A stretch of DNA of 64,000 bases. It comes from an uncultured virus (IMG/VR IMGVR_UViG_3300025632_000002). Its lineage: Duplodnaviria; Heunggongvirae; Uroviricota; Caudoviricetes; Crassvirales. Positions 26,110 through 37,046 of this stretch are shown here, piece by piece; the first letter of the stretch is position 1, and each line of letters starts with the position of its first letter. The stretch lies in the IMG/VR virus record IMGVR_UViG_3300025632_000002. One strand, 5' to 3'. The position numbers were made by a program, and so were the translations under genes. A model generated the notes under the pieces. It was not told where the DNA came from, ran no database searches, and was given only the letters and a program-made list of their open reading frames with translations.

Positions 26110-26672
26110 TGAGGTCACCAGGCGCATTTATAGTAAAGCCAAAAAATAGCAGCAGATACGATAACAAACGAAGGGCCGACGACGTTGAGTTTATCGTAAG
26201 TTCGTCTCAAGAAGACCACAGGTTTTCTAACCGCTACGCTATCGTACAGTCCGTCCCACTTTCTTATTCAGGCCCTATAGAGCCAGGGGACACGCTTCTG
26301 GTGCATCATAACGTATTTAAATATTACTACGATATGTATGGGGCTCAAAAAAGCGGTCGCAGCTATTTTAAGGATGACCTCTTCTTTGTAACCGACGACC
26401 AGTTTTTTTTGTACAAAAAAGATGACAAGTGGCGAGCGCACGGAAAGTATTGCTTTGTAGAGCCTGTAGAAGAAAAAGAATCGTGGATAGGTAAGTTCTC
26501 AAAAGAAGAGCCCCTTATCGGAAGGCTTAAGTATGGAAATGACGAGCTCTTAGCGCTCGGTGTAAACGAAGGCGATGAGATATCGTTTCTTCCTGATAGC
26601 GAGTATGAGTTTACTGTAGATGGGGAAAAGTTGTACCGTATGTTTACTGACAACATAACGCTGGTATTATGA
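26109..26672 (+). CDS. Protein with probable tandem GroES-like folds
   Basis: Each half resembles Cpn10: IEPGDTLLV in the first, VNEGDEISF...EFTVDGEKLYRMFTDNITLVL in the second. Confidence 0.65.
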   Translation: MRSPGAFIVKPKNSSRYDNKRRADDVEFIVSSSQEDHRFSNRYAIVQSVPLSYSGPIEPGDTLLVHHNVFKYYYDMYGAQKSGRSYFKDDLFFVTDDQFFLYKKDDKWRAHGKYCFVEPVEEKESWIGKFSKEEPLIGRLKYGNDELLALGVNEGDEISFLPDSEYEFTVDGEKLYRMFTDNITLVL

Positions 26673-26953
26673 ACGCGAAAGAACTCAAAGAAAAAATTAT
26701 AGCTGCGGGTCACAGGGCGGTAGAGCAGCTTATTAAGGTAGCCAAAGAAGATATCATAAAGCCCGATATAGAAGACGAGCTGGCCGCCGACAGATTAAAG
26801 AACGCAGCGGCTACAAAAAAACTTGCTATATTCGATGCGCTAGAGATACTTAACCGTATTGAGCAGGAGAGAGAAAATTTAGAGGCGATGGAAAAGCGTG
26901 GTGATTCATCTACTAATACCAAGCAAGGATTTGCGGAAAGACGTTCAAAATAA
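26669..26953 (+). CDS. Probable terminase small subunit
   Basis: Helical 94-aa protein overlapping the terL start; positional inference. Confidence 0.55.
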   Translation: MNAKELKEKIIAAGHRAVEQLIKVAKEDIIKPDIEDELAADRLKNAAATKKLAIFDALEILNRIEQERENLEAMEKRGDSSTNTKQGFAERRSK

Positions 26954-29177
26954 ACTGCTTATTTATCTAAATGATATAGTTCCCCAAAAGGTACTTACAA
27001 GGAAGAATAAAGCTAAAAGTTGGCAATACGGTTATAACGAAGACTATGACTTTGTCGTTATATCAAAAGACGGTACGGTAGGTGATGTGGTAGAGATACA
27101 GGGCGTACGTATTGCACTCCCTATGGTTTGTAGTAACCCTATAGAGCGAAGCAAATCTAAAAAAGAACAGTACTGGCAGCCCTTAGGGTACCCTAAAGAA
27201 CTTACACGTATCAAGACGATATTTCAGTGGAACGAGATGCCCGCTGATTTTAAAGACAGGTGGGTAGATTTCGTGGAGCGCGAGTTCGACAGACGTGAAA
27301 GCGGCGCCTGGTTTATGAATAATGGAGTCCCTACCTACATAACGGGCTCACACTATACGTACCTCCAGTGGACTAAAATTGACGTAGGGCTCCCTGACTT
27401 TCGAGAGGCCAACCGTATATTCTATATCTTCTGGGAGGCTTGCAAGGCAGACAGCCGATGTTTCGGTATGTGCTACTTAAAGATTCGTCGTTCAGGATTT
27501 TCTTTTATGGGTTCTTCGGAATGCGTCAATATAGGAACTCTCGCTAAGGACGCTCGAGTTGGAATACTTTCTAAAACGGGTGCTGACGCCAAAAAGATGT
27601 TTACCGATAAGGTGGTTCCTATATCAGCGAACTACCCGTTCTTTTTCAAGCCCATACAAGACGGTATGGATAAGCCCAAAACAGAGCTTGCATATCGGGT
27701 GCCTGCGTCAAAGATTACCAAGCGCAATATGTACCTCGATGAGTCTGAAGAGCTTGACGGACTTGATACTACTATAGACTGGAAGAATACAGCCGACAAC
27801 AGCTATGACGGAGAGAAGCTTTTGCTCTTGGTTCACGACGAAAGCGGTAAGTGGGAGAAGCCAGAGAATATCCTCAATAACTGGCGCGTCACCAAAACTT
27901 GTTTGCGATTGGGTAGCCGCATCATAGGGAAGTGTATGATGGGTTCTACGTCCAACGCGCTAAGCAAAGGCGGTGGGAACTACAAAACGCTATACTCTCA
28001 ATCTGACGTAAGCAACCGCAACGCTAACGGCCAGACCAAGAGCGGTATGTACAGCCTATTTATTCCTATGGAATGGAATTTTGAAGGGTATATCGATAGG
28101 TATGGTATGCCCGTATTTATAAAGCCTTTGCACGATGTTAAAGGTATTGACGGGCGGTCTATAAAGATGGGGGCTATTGAGTATTGGGAAAACGAGGTGG
28201 CTTCACTTAAGAACGACCCTGATGCGCTCAACGAGTTCTATCGCCAATTCCCGCGTACTGAGTCCCACGCTTTTCGTGACGAGAGTAAGCAGTCTATATT
28301 TAACCTGACTAAGATATATCAGCAAATTGACTATAACGACGAGATGATAAAGGAGCACTACCTTACTAGGGGTTCTTTTCATTGGAAAGACGGCCAAAAA
28401 GACAGCCAAGTTATATGGACGCCAGAGCGTAACGGTCGTTTTCTTTTGGGGTGGACGCCTCCCGCTAGGATGCAAAACCACGTCATTATTCGTAACGGGA
28501 TGAAGTACCCTGGCAATGAGCATATCGGCTCGCTGGGGTGTGACCCGTACGATATCTCGGGTGTCGTAGGGGGGAGGGGTTCAAACGGCTCTCTCCACGG
28601 GATGACTAAATTCAATATGGACGATGCGCCGAGTAACGAGTTTTTTTTAGAGTATGTCGCTCGTCCTCAGACGGCAGAGATATTTTTTGAAGAGGTACTG
28701 ATGGCTTGCGTTTTTTATGGTATGCCTATCCTTACGGAGAATAATAAACCGAGGCTGCTCTACCACTTTAAGAATAGAGGCTACCGCAAGTTTTCTATGA
28801 ACCGCCCCGACAAAAAATTTAATAAGCTGTCCAAGACGGAAAAGGAGTTAGGCGGCATACCGAATACATCTGAAGACGTTAAGCAGTCTCACGCTTCAGC
28901 TATCGAGACGTATATCGAGAAACACGTTGGTATTGATATGGAAGGGACGTACCGAGAACAGGGCGATATAGGTACTATGCCATTTACTAGGACGCTCGAA
29001 GATTGGGCTAAATTTGATATCAACAACAGGACTCGATTTGACGCTACGATAAGCTCGGGATTGGCTATTATGGCTAACCAAAAACACATCTATCAACCTG
29101 TTGAAAAGCAATCGAAATTATCTGTTACCTTTGCTAGATACAACAATCGTGGAAATATAAGCGAACTAGTTAAATAA
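26898..29177 (+). CDS. terL: Terminase large subunit (exact start uncertain, possibly TTG 26931)
   Basis: LKIRRSGFS Walker A, LVHDESGK Walker B, MGST coupling motif, GCDPYD RNase-H nuclease. Confidence 0.9.
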   Translation: MVIHLLIPSKDLRKDVQNKLLIYLNDIVPQKVLTRKNKAKSWQYGYNEDYDFVVISKDGTVGDVVEIQGVRIALPMVCSNPIERSKSKKEQYWQPLGYPKELTRIKTIFQWNEMPADFKDRWVDFVEREFDRRESGAWFMNNGVPTYITGSHYTYLQWTKIDVGLPDFREANRIFYIFWEACKADSRCFGMCYLKIRRSGFSFMGSSECVNIGTLAKDARVGILSKTGADAKKMFTDKVVPISANYPFFFKPIQDGMDKPKTELAYRVPASKITKRNMYLDESEELDGLDTTIDWKNTADNSYDGEKLLLLVHDESGKWEKPENILNNWRVTKTCLRLGSRIIGKCMMGSTSNALSKGGGNYKTLYSQSDVSNRNANGQTKSGMYSLFIPMEWNFEGYIDRYGMPVFIKPLHDVKGIDGRSIKMGAIEYWENEVASLKNDPDALNEFYRQFPRTESHAFRDESKQSIFNLTKIYQQIDYNDEMIKEHYLTRGSFHWKDGQKDSQVIWTPERNGRFLLGWTPPARMQNHVIIRNGMKYPGNEHIGSLGCDPYDISGVVGGRGSNGSLHGMTKFNMDDAPSNEFFLEYVARPQTAEIFFEEVLMACVFYGMPILTENNKPRLLYHFKNRGYRKFSMNRPDKKFNKLSKTEKELGGIPNTSEDVKQSHASAIETYIEKHVGIDMEGTYREQGDIGTMPFTRTLEDWAKFDINNRTRFDATISSGLAIMANQKHIYQPVEKQSKLSVTFARYNNRGNISELVK

Positions 29178-31612
29178 TGAGAGATGTTCAGGTTAATATA
29201 GCATCTGCCTCGTTCCCTACCCAATTTGTTTCTGACGCTGAAAAAGCGACTTATGAGTATGGATTGCAGATTGGACAAGCCATTCAATATGAGTGGTTTA
29301 AGAGGGATGGAAACGGTTGTCGTTTTTACAGTCAATGGAGAGATTTTAATCGACTCCGATTGTACGCTAGAGGAGAGCAGTCTATTGCTAAGTACAAAAA
29401 CGAACTCTCGGTCGATGGCGACCTTTCTTATTTGAACCTGGACTGGACTCCGATTCCAATCATCCCTAAGTTCGTAGATATCGTAGTAAACGGTATGTCG
29501 GACCGCTTGTTTGACGTAAAGGCTTATGCTCAAGACGCTATGTCGTCGGCGAAGCGCAGTAAGTATCAAGATATGATAGAGGCTCAGATGGTCTCTAAAG
29601 ACCTTTTGGTGCAAATCAAAGAAAGCTTTGGCGTAGACCCTTTTACCGTGTCTCCTGACGAGCTTCCCAATAGCGATGACGAGTTGTCGCTGTATATGCA
29701 ACTCAACTATAAGCCAGCTATCGAAATAGCAGAGGAAGAGGCTATCAATACGCTGCTTGAGCAAAACAAATACAACGACACGCGCCAGCGCGTAGACTAC
29801 GACCTTACGGTTTTAGGCGTCGGTATGGTCAAGCACGAGTTCTTAAAGGGCGACGGGGTACAGGTTAGATATGTAGACCCCGCAAACGTGGTATATAGTT
29901 ATACTGAAGACCCGTTTTTTCAGGATAATTTTTACTGGGGAGAAATTAAGACAGTTCCTATCACTGAGCTTATCAAGATAGACCCTACGCTTACTACGGA
30001 TGACCTCAAGGAAATTTCAAAGTATTCCCAGAGCTGGTACGATTATTATAACGTACAGCAATTCTACGATAACGATATCTTCTATCAAGATACCACTACC
30101 CTTATGTACTTCAACTACAAGACAACGCAGAAGTTTGTCTATAAGAAGAAGGTGATGGATGGCGGAGGAGCCAAGGTGGTTGAGAAAGACGATACGTTTA
30201 ACCCGCCAGAAGAGATGATGCAGGAGGGTCGATTCGAAAAAATCGAAAAGACTATCGATGTGTGGTATGAAGGCGTTATGGTTATGGGGACTAATATTAT
30301 TCTTAAGTGGGAGATGGCGGAAAATATGGTCCGCCCTAAATCTGCATCGCAGTACGCTACGCCAAATTACTTGGCTTGTGCGCCACGTATGTACAAGGGT
30401 AATATCGAATCTTTGGTTCGGCGTATGATTCCTTTGGCGGACCAGATACAGATTACCCACCTTAAATTACAGCAAGTAATGTCGCGCATCGTCCCTGACG
30501 GTGTGTTCATTGATGCTGACGGGCTTAACGAAGTAGACCTCGGGACAGGCAATGCATACAACCCCGAGGACGCCTTGCGGCTGTACTTCCAGACGGGTAG
30601 CGTAGTCGGGCGTAGCTATACACAGGATGGCGAGTTTAATAACGCTCGAGTACCTATTCAGCAACTCACCAGCAACTCGGGGCAGTCTAAGATTAGCGCT
30701 TTAATTGGGAACTACAATCACTATCTCAATATGATACGTGATATTACGGGCCTCAACGAAGCGCGTGATGGCTCTATGCCTGACCCTAATTCGCTCGTAG
30801 GGGTACAAAAGCTAGCGGCACTAAACTCTAACGTAGCTACTCGACATATCTTAGATGGTAGCTTATTTATCTTGAAGTCGTTGGCTGAAGCTTTGTCGTG
30901 CAGGGTAGCCGACATCCTGGAGTATGCGGATTTCAAGGAAGAGTTTGCTAATCAAATCGGCAAGTATAATGTTTCTATCTTAAACGATATCAAAGATTTA
31001 TATATCTACGATTTCGGTGTCTTTATTGAGATAGCTCCTGACGAAGAGCAGCGGGCTATGCTAGAGCAGAATATCCAGATGGCTTTATCTAAGAACGACA
31101 TTAACTTGGAGGACGCTATCGATATCAGAGAAATTAAAAACATTAAGTTGGCAAACCAACTCCTCAAGCTCAAGCGCAAGAAGAAGCAAGAGCGCGAGGA
31201 AGCTATGCAACTTCAACAGCAGCAGATGCAGGCTCAGCAGCAGTTCGAGTCGCAGAAGTTAGCCACGGAGGCTCAGATGATGAAGATACAGGCTGAAGGT
31301 CAGCAGAAAGTGCAGATTAAGCAGGCCGAGGTGGCTTTTGATATTGAGCGTATGCAGATGGAAGCCCAGCTTAAAAACCAGTTGATGCAGCAGGAGTTTA
31401 ATTACAATATGCAGCTCAAGGGTGTAACTGAGGAACTTATTGCTGGACGAGAGGATATGCGTGAAGACGCTAAAGCAAAGCGTATTAGCCAGCAGAATAC
31501 AGAGCAGTCGAAACTAATTAATCAGCGTAAGAATAACTTACCGCCTATCAATTTTGAATCAAATGAGGATAGCCTTGATGGCTTTGACCTTGCTGAGTTC
31601 GAGCCACGATGA
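29177..31612 (+). CDS. Portal protein
   Basis: 811 aa between terL and scaffold/capsid; IRDITGLNEARDG motif; Q-rich coiled C-terminus. Confidence 0.85.
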   Translation: MRDVQVNIASASFPTQFVSDAEKATYEYGLQIGQAIQYEWFKRDGNGCRFYSQWRDFNRLRLYARGEQSIAKYKNELSVDGDLSYLNLDWTPIPIIPKFVDIVVNGMSDRLFDVKAYAQDAMSSAKRSKYQDMIEAQMVSKDLLVQIKESFGVDPFTVSPDELPNSDDELSLYMQLNYKPAIEIAEEEAINTLLEQNKYNDTRQRVDYDLTVLGVGMVKHEFLKGDGVQVRYVDPANVVYSYTEDPFFQDNFYWGEIKTVPITELIKIDPTLTTDDLKEISKYSQSWYDYYNVQQFYDNDIFYQDTTTLMYFNYKTTQKFVYKKKVMDGGGAKVVEKDDTFNPPEEMMQEGRFEKIEKTIDVWYEGVMVMGTNIILKWEMAENMVRPKSASQYATPNYLACAPRMYKGNIESLVRRMIPLADQIQITHLKLQQVMSRIVPDGVFIDADGLNEVDLGTGNAYNPEDALRLYFQTGSVVGRSYTQDGEFNNARVPIQQLTSNSGQSKISALIGNYNHYLNMIRDITGLNEARDGSMPDPNSLVGVQKLAALNSNVATRHILDGSLFILKSLAEALSCRVADILEYADFKEEFANQIGKYNVSILNDIKDLYIYDFGVFIEIAPDEEQRAMLEQNIQMALSKNDINLEDAIDIREIKNIKLANQLLKLKRKKKQEREEAMQLQQQQMQAQQQFESQKLATEAQMMKIQAEGQQKVQIKQAEVAFDIERMQMEAQLKNQLMQQEFNYNMQLKGVTEELIAGREDMREDAKAKRISQQNTEQSKLINQRKNNLPPINFESNEDSLDGFDLAEFEPR

Positions 31613-31652
31613 TGTCGGTAAAAAATAATTATCTTTGCACAAATTAAATACA

Positions 31653-32741
31653 ATGGAAATTAAAGTACGAGACCTAGGCGTAGTAGAAGAGAAGTCTGTT
31701 GCAGAAGTGGAACAGGAGCTTCTTGAAAAGCACGAAGCCGAAATAAATGGTGAAACACCTGAAGAGCCAGTAACTGAAACTGTGTCGGAGCCGACACACG
31801 ATGAGCCCACTGGTTTAGATGAGGAACAAGTTCTTTCATTTCTAAAGGAACGATACGGAAAAGAGATTAACACCGTAGGGGAATTGTTTGAAGAGCGCGA
31901 GTCTGCGCCTGAACTCCCTGAAGATGTAGACGCTTATTTCCGTTTTAAAAAAGAGACGGGTCGTGGACTCAAAGACTTTGTTGAACTCAACAAGGACTAT
32001 GACGAGATGAACCCTGACAAACTCTTAGCGGACTACTATCTCGCTACAGAGGACGGCTTAGATGCCGACGATGTAAAGAGTATGGTAGACGATTTCAGTT
32101 ACGATGAAGACCTCGATGAAGAGGCTGTTATTCGTAAGCGAAAGGTCGCTAAGAAGAAAGAGGTTAATAAGGCTAAGAAATACTTCTCAGACCTTCAAGA
32201 GCAATATAAGGTACCCCTTGAGTCAAGCGGTAATCCTTTGTCTGGAGAAGAAAAAGAAAATTTTGAAGCCTATCAACAATACGTGAAGGAGTCTAGTAGT
32301 GTCCAACAAGAGAACGCTCGTCGTAACGAGTGGTTTCGGGATAAGACTGACGAAGTTTTTTCTGGTGAATTCAAAGGTTTTGAATTTAAGGTCGGAGATA
32401 AGGACGTCACTTTTAACCCAGGGAACGCTAGCGAGCTGAAAAAAAACCAGATTGACATTATGAACTTTATAAATAAGTTTATGGGTGACGACGGTTTGAT
32501 TCAGGACGCAGCAGGATACCATAAGGCTTTGAGCGTTGCAATGAATCCTTCTAAGTTCGCACAGTTCTTTTATGAGCAGGGCAAAGCTGACGGAGTTGAA
32601 GACATCAGTCGTAAATCCAAAAACATAAATATGGATTCGCGAAAGGTGCCTGAGACTTCGAGGAAGGACGGAATGCAAATTCGGAGTGTAAATTCCGATT
32701 CGGGACGCGGACTAAAAATTAGAAGCGCCCGTAGAGTGTAA
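31653..32741 (+). CDS. Putative scaffolding protein
   Basis: Acidic and helical, between portal and capsid; ATG 31653 follows a -7 box. Confidence 0.7.
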   Translation: MEIKVRDLGVVEEKSVAEVEQELLEKHEAEINGETPEEPVTETVSEPTHDEPTGLDEEQVLSFLKERYGKEINTVGELFEERESAPELPEDVDAYFRFKKETGRGLKDFVELNKDYDEMNPDKLLADYYLATEDGLDADDVKSMVDDFSYDEDLDEEAVIRKRKVAKKKEVNKAKKYFSDLQEQYKVPLESSGNPLSGEEKENFEAYQQYVKESSSVQQENARRNEWFRDKTDEVFSGEFKGFEFKVGDKDVTFNPGNASELKKNQIDIMNFINKFMGDDGLIQDAAGYHKALSVAMNPSKFAQFFYEQGKADGVEDISRKSKNINMDSRKVPETSRKDGMQIRSVNSDSGRGLKIRSARRV

Positions 32742-32760
32742 TATTTAAAAACTAGAAAAA

Positions 32761-34215
32761 ATGGCTGTAAAAACAACCCCTGGGTTTGATTTAACCCCAG
32801 CTCCAGTAAAACAAGCTCTGGAGACAAATTATATCACTAATTTTGATTTCTTAAACCAGTATCTCCCCGATACGTACGAGAAAGAATTCGAGCGCTACGG
32901 AAATCGTACTATCTCTGGCTTCTTGCGTATGGTAGGAGCGGAGATGCCTTCTAACTCTGACCTCATTAAGTGGGCTGAGCAAGGGCGTTTGCACATTAAG
33001 TATTCTAACGTAAATGCAGATACTGCTCAAGGTGGTGGAGCTACTGCTACGGCGTTTGATTATACAATTACCCTTGGGGCCACCGAGGACCGAGCTTCTT
33101 TGCGCCCAGGTCAGACGGTTATGATTTCTGCTAATGCAGGAACTCTTTCTAACAAAGGAGTAATTGAAACTGTAGGTAACGTTGGTGGCGGGGCTGGTGG
33201 AACTTTTACTATTGCTGTACGTCTTTATGAGGCGGACCAAGCTATGGCTCAAAATACTAACTGTAGCCTTTTTGTTTATGGTTCTGAGTTTGCTAAAGGA
33301 ACAAATGGTATGACAGGGTCTTTGGAGGCTCAAGATAACTTCTTTGAGAATAAGCCAATTATCTTAAAGGACAAGTACGCCGTTAACGGTTCTGATATGG
33401 CTCAAATCGGTTGGGTTGAAGTAACTTCTGAAAACGGAGCTACTGGATACCTTTGGTATTTGAAGTCTGAGCACGAGACACGCCTTCGTTTCGACGATTA
33501 CTTGGAAACTGCTATGATTGAAGCTGTACCTGCTGCTGCTGGTTCTGGAGCCTTGGCTTATTTGAGTAGCGCTGCTAACTCGGCAACTGGTGGAGCTGTA
33601 GGAAGTACAGACGCTGGTTCAGAAGGTGTGTTCTATGTGGTTAACAACCGAGGAAATGTATTCCAAGGTATCCCAACTACATTGGCTGAGTTTGACACTA
33701 TCATCCAGCGATTGGATAAGCAGGGTTCTATCGAAGAGAATGTAATCTTCGTTAACCGTGACTTCTCATTCGCTATCGACGATATGTTGGCTGCTCAGAA
33801 CTCTTACGGTGCAGGCGGTACTTCGTACGGTCTCTTTGACAATGACGAAGAGATGGCGTTGAACCTCGGTTTCCGTGGCTTCCGACGTGGTTACGACTTC
33901 TATAAGTCTGATTGGAAGTACTTGAACGACCCAACTATGCGCGGTGGTTTGACTGGCGGTAAGGTAGACGGATTGTTGGTGCCAGCTGGTTCAACAACTG
34001 TATACGACCAAATTATGGGTAAGAACGCTAAGCGACCTTTCCTCCACGTTCGGTACCGCGCTTCAGAAACTGAAGACCGCCGTTACAAGACTTGGATTAC
34101 TGGTTCTGCTGGTGGAGCACGTACTAGCGACCTCGACGCTATGGAAGTCAACTTCCTGTCTGAGCGAGCTGTATGTACGCTCGGCGCGAACAACTTCTTC
34201 TTGTTCCGTGACTAA
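32761..34215 (+). CDS. Major capsid protein
   Basis: 484 aa after the scaffold; biased codon usage; followed by a strong terminator. Confidence 0.85.
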   Translation: MAVKTTPGFDLTPAPVKQALETNYITNFDFLNQYLPDTYEKEFERYGNRTISGFLRMVGAEMPSNSDLIKWAEQGRLHIKYSNVNADTAQGGGATATAFDYTITLGATEDRASLRPGQTVMISANAGTLSNKGVIETVGNVGGGAGGTFTIAVRLYEADQAMAQNTNCSLFVYGSEFAKGTNGMTGSLEAQDNFFENKPIILKDKYAVNGSDMAQIGWVEVTSENGATGYLWYLKSEHETRLRFDDYLETAMIEAVPAAAGSGALAYLSSAANSATGGAVGSTDAGSEGVFYVVNNRGNVFQGIPTTLAEFDTIIQRLDKQGSIEENVIFVNRDFSFAIDDMLAAQNSYGAGGTSYGLFDNDEEMALNLGFRGFRRGYDFYKSDWKYLNDPTMRGGLTGGKVDGLLVPAGSTTVYDQIMGKNAKRPFLHVRYRASETEDRRYKTWITGSAGGARTSDLDAMEVNFLSERAVCTLGANNFFLFRD

Positions 34216-34221
34216 TCTATG

Positions 34222-34257
34222 AAAGGGAGGGGGCAGTAAAACCCCCTCCTTTTTTTT
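34222..34257 (+). terminator. Intrinsic terminator after the capsid gene
   Basis: GGAGGGGG-N8-CCCCCTCC followed by a T tract. Confidence 0.85.
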
Positions 34258-34281
34258 CTTATAAATTCTTAATTCAATAAA

Positions 34282-35022
34282 ATGAAAAAACAAGCTCAAC
34301 TCGTAGACAAAATCTACAAGCTTAACCGCGACGTGGCACCGTTAACTTTTACGCTGTCTTCCCGCAACACTTCTCGTAAGCCGCTTATGTATTTTGACGG
34401 ACAAGTCAATCGCGCTTTACGGTATGCTCGCAATCAGAAAACTCCATTCGAGGACGAGCAAGACGGAAACTTTATTTTAGAACCAATCGTCTTTGAAGAC
34501 GGGTTCCTTTCGGTACCAAAAGAAAACCAGGTACTACAGCATTTTTTGAGTCTGCACCCTGACTCAGGCTCTACCTTTTCTGAAGTCAATAAAGAGAAGG
34601 ACGCTCAGGAGGAGCTAGACTATATGGTTGTCGAGGCGGACGCTTTGGTAGCTGCGCGTAAGATGAGTGTGACGGAAATGGAGATGATTGCTCGGGTGCT
34701 CCTAGAGATTGACCCTAGTAAGCTGTCTTCTGCTGAGCTCAAGCGCGATATCTTAATCCTAGCTAAGCGATACCCTTCTGACTTCTTGGAAGCGCTAGAA
34801 GACCCCTCTTTGGACCTGTACGGCAAGGTGTCATTAATCCTTGACAAAGGTCTTTTGGGTATGCGTAATAACGGACGCGACATCCACTTTAACTTAAAAA
34901 CCAATAAGAAGCGTATGATGACGGTTCCCTTTGGTGAGGACCCGAAGTCTGCTATCGCGGCTTACTTGCAGAGCGATGATGGTATCGAGGTCTTGAAGAT
35001 GCTTGACAAACAGCTAGAGTAA
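34282..35022 (+). CDS. Conserved hypothetical protein in the head module
   Basis: 246-aa ORF. Confidence 0.8.
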   Translation: MKKQAQLVDKIYKLNRDVAPLTFTLSSRNTSRKPLMYFDGQVNRALRYARNQKTPFEDEQDGNFILEPIVFEDGFLSVPKENQVLQHFLSLHPDSGSTFSEVNKEKDAQEELDYMVVEADALVAARKMSVTEMEMIARVLLEIDPSKLSSAELKRDILILAKRYPSDFLEALEDPSLDLYGKVSLILDKGLLGMRNNGRDIHFNLKTNKKRMMTVPFGEDPKSAIAAYLQSDDGIEVLKMLDKQLE

Positions 35023-35073
35023 TTTTTTAAAAGCCTTATCTTTGGTTTTTATTCATCCATTAACTTTTTTAAA

Positions 35074-35352
35074 ATGGTAAAATTTCTCAAGGTTACAAAC
35101 GCGCCTAAAACAAGTCAATTAATTAGCATTAATGGCATCAAAGCTGTCGGTACAGCAAGCGCAACAGCAACTTCCGTTACTGTAGATTATGTAGACGGAA
35201 CCACTACAACTATTACTACAACTGCTCAAGTGGGCTCTGATGTGTATTTAGCTATTGTAAATTCAATAGAGATTGCCTTAGCAACAAGTTGGCTAAAGCC
35301 ATATTACGAATTGGAGTTGCCTAAAACAGTTACAAGTATTGTAAATGCGTAA
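35074..35352 (+). CDS. Small putative structural protein
   Basis: 92 aa; has its own -7 box and terminator. Confidence 0.75.
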   Translation: MVKFLKVTNAPKTSQLISINGIKAVGTASATATSVTVDYVDGTTTTITTTAQVGSDVYLAIVNSIEIALATSWLKPYYELELPKTVTSIVNA

Positions 35353-35374
35353 TTGACTTAATTGTATTGAACAG

Positions 35375-35405
35375 AAAGGGGTCACAATTTGTGGCCCCTT
35401 TTTTT
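35375..35405 (+). terminator. Intrinsic terminator
   Basis: GGGGTCACAA-TTTGTGGCCCC followed by a T tract. Confidence 0.8.
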
Positions 35406-35431
35406 GATTTATCTTTGTCAAAAGCGTCCCT

Positions 35432-36118
35432 ATGATAGATTCGGTAAGAAATACAGTATTGTCGATACTGAACAAGAATAATTTCGGGTATCTCTCTCCA
35501 GCAGATTTTAATTTATATGCCAAGCAGGCGCAGCTCGAGATATTCGACCAGTACTTTTACGATTATAACTACCAGATTAATAAGGAGAATATTCGGCAGT
35601 CTGGTACAGGCTATGCTGATATATCAAGAAGCCTCGAGGAAGTCATCGACACCTTCTCTACGGTAGCTAATTTTACTACCAATCCGTTTGCGCTTCCAAA
35701 TGACTACTACCTTCTCAACAGGATTTTGCCCCAAGGAAGTAACTACGAGATGGAGCAGGTATCAAACTCAAAGATTAACCTCCTTCTTTCTTCGTACCTC
35801 ACTGCTCCTTCGTTAAGTTTTCCTGCATACGTACAAAACGGGAATAACGCCACGGCATACCCCGACACTATTACTTCAGGAACAATCCAATACATTCGCT
35901 ATCCGCTTGCCCCTAACTGGACGTACTCAGTCCTTACGGCGGGCGAACCTGTATTTGACCAAGGGCAAGCCGACTACCAGGACTTTGAGTTGCCTGCTGA
36001 TGACGAGCCTCGGTTGGTAAATAAGATTTTAGAGTATTCAGGGGTATCGATACGTGAGATGGATGTGGTAAATTATTCACTGGCACAAGAACAGCTAGAC
36101 GACCAAGCAAGCAAGTAA
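35432..36118 (+). CDS. Putative head-tail adaptor/ring protein
   Basis: 228 aa; GYLSP.DFN.YA..AQ..IF; position after the capsid. Confidence 0.65.
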   Translation: MIDSVRNTVLSILNKNNFGYLSPADFNLYAKQAQLEIFDQYFYDYNYQINKENIRQSGTGYADISRSLEEVIDTFSTVANFTTNPFALPNDYYLLNRILPQGSNYEMEQVSNSKINLLLSSYLTAPSLSFPAYVQNGNNATAYPDTITSGTIQYIRYPLAPNWTYSVLTAGEPVFDQGQADYQDFELPADDEPRLVNKILEYSGVSIREMDVVNYSLAQEQLDDQASK

Positions 36119-36119
36119 T

Positions 36120-37046
36120 ATGGCATACCTAACTCAATACCAATACTACGAAAACGATGGCGCTTCACCTGAAGACGCGAACTGGGGCTCCTATCAATAC
36201 GTGAGCCTGCGCGATATCGTCAGCAACTACCAGCTTATGTACAGCGGTAACAACGAGCTCGTCAACGAGAAGTCTCGGTATAAGATTCTGTTTCACGCTA
36301 AGCGAGCTATACAAGAGCTGAACTACGACGCATTTAAAGAAATTAAGGTATTGCAACTTAACGTGTCGGACGACCTGCGGTTTATTCTTCCAAGCGATTA
36401 CGTCAATTGGGTCCGTCTTTCTATGTTTAAAGATGGCGTGGTATTTCCCTTGACGGAGAATATACAGGTTACCAGCGCTCAGGCGTACCTACAAGATTCA
36501 AACAATCGCATTTTATTTGACGAGACAGGAGCGGCGTTAAAGCCAGAGTTCTCGCCTATCGATGAGGCCCGCCTCAATAAAACGTTGAAGTCTATGTACC
36601 TCAACGAAAACAGCCCGTATAACGGTTATGAAGGGTGGTGTATCGATGGGATGTGGTATTTTGACTTTCCTGTAGGGGGCGCTTGGTTTGGTCTTAACAC
36701 AGAGACTGCCAACGCTAATCCCACCTTTCGAATTGACGCTAAAGCGGGAGTTATAAATTTCAGCTCTGCTATGTCGGGGGAAAGCTGCATCCTTGAGTAT
36801 GTAAGCGACGGTATGGAAGGCGGTGATGACTCTTTGATTACGGTCAATAAACTTTTTGAAGACTACGTCTATGCGTATATTTCTTACGCTTTGCTAAACT
36901 CACATATGGGGACGCAGGAGTACATAGTAAATCGGGCTAAAAAAAATAAATCTGCTTTACTGCGCAATGCTAAAATTCGTATTAGCAACATACATCCTGG
37001 GCGTCTTTTGATGAACTTGCGCGGACAAAATAAGTGGATTAAATAA
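36120..37046 (+). CDS. Putative tail ring/tubular protein
   Basis: 308 aa; LP.DYVN.VR motif; position. Confidence 0.65.
   Translation: MAYLTQYQYYENDGASPEDANWGSYQYVSLRDIVSNYQLMYSGNNELVNEKSRYKILFHAKRAIQELNYDAFKEIKVLQLNVSDDLRFILPSDYVNWVRLSMFKDGVVFPLTENIQVTSAQAYLQDSNNRILFDETGAALKPEFSPIDEARLNKTLKSMYLNENSPYNGYEGWCIDGMWYFDFPVGGAWFGLNTETANANPTFRIDAKAGVINFSSAMSGESCILEYVSDGMEGGDDSLITVNKLFEDYVYAYISYALLNSHMGTQEYIVNRAKKNKSALLRNAKIRISNIHPGRLLMNLRGQNKWIK

Noticed and set aside
29093..29764. 223-aa minus-strand ORF and other antisense ORFs within late genes
   Set aside because: Shadows of the terminase, portal, capsid and giant genes; no motifs or start context
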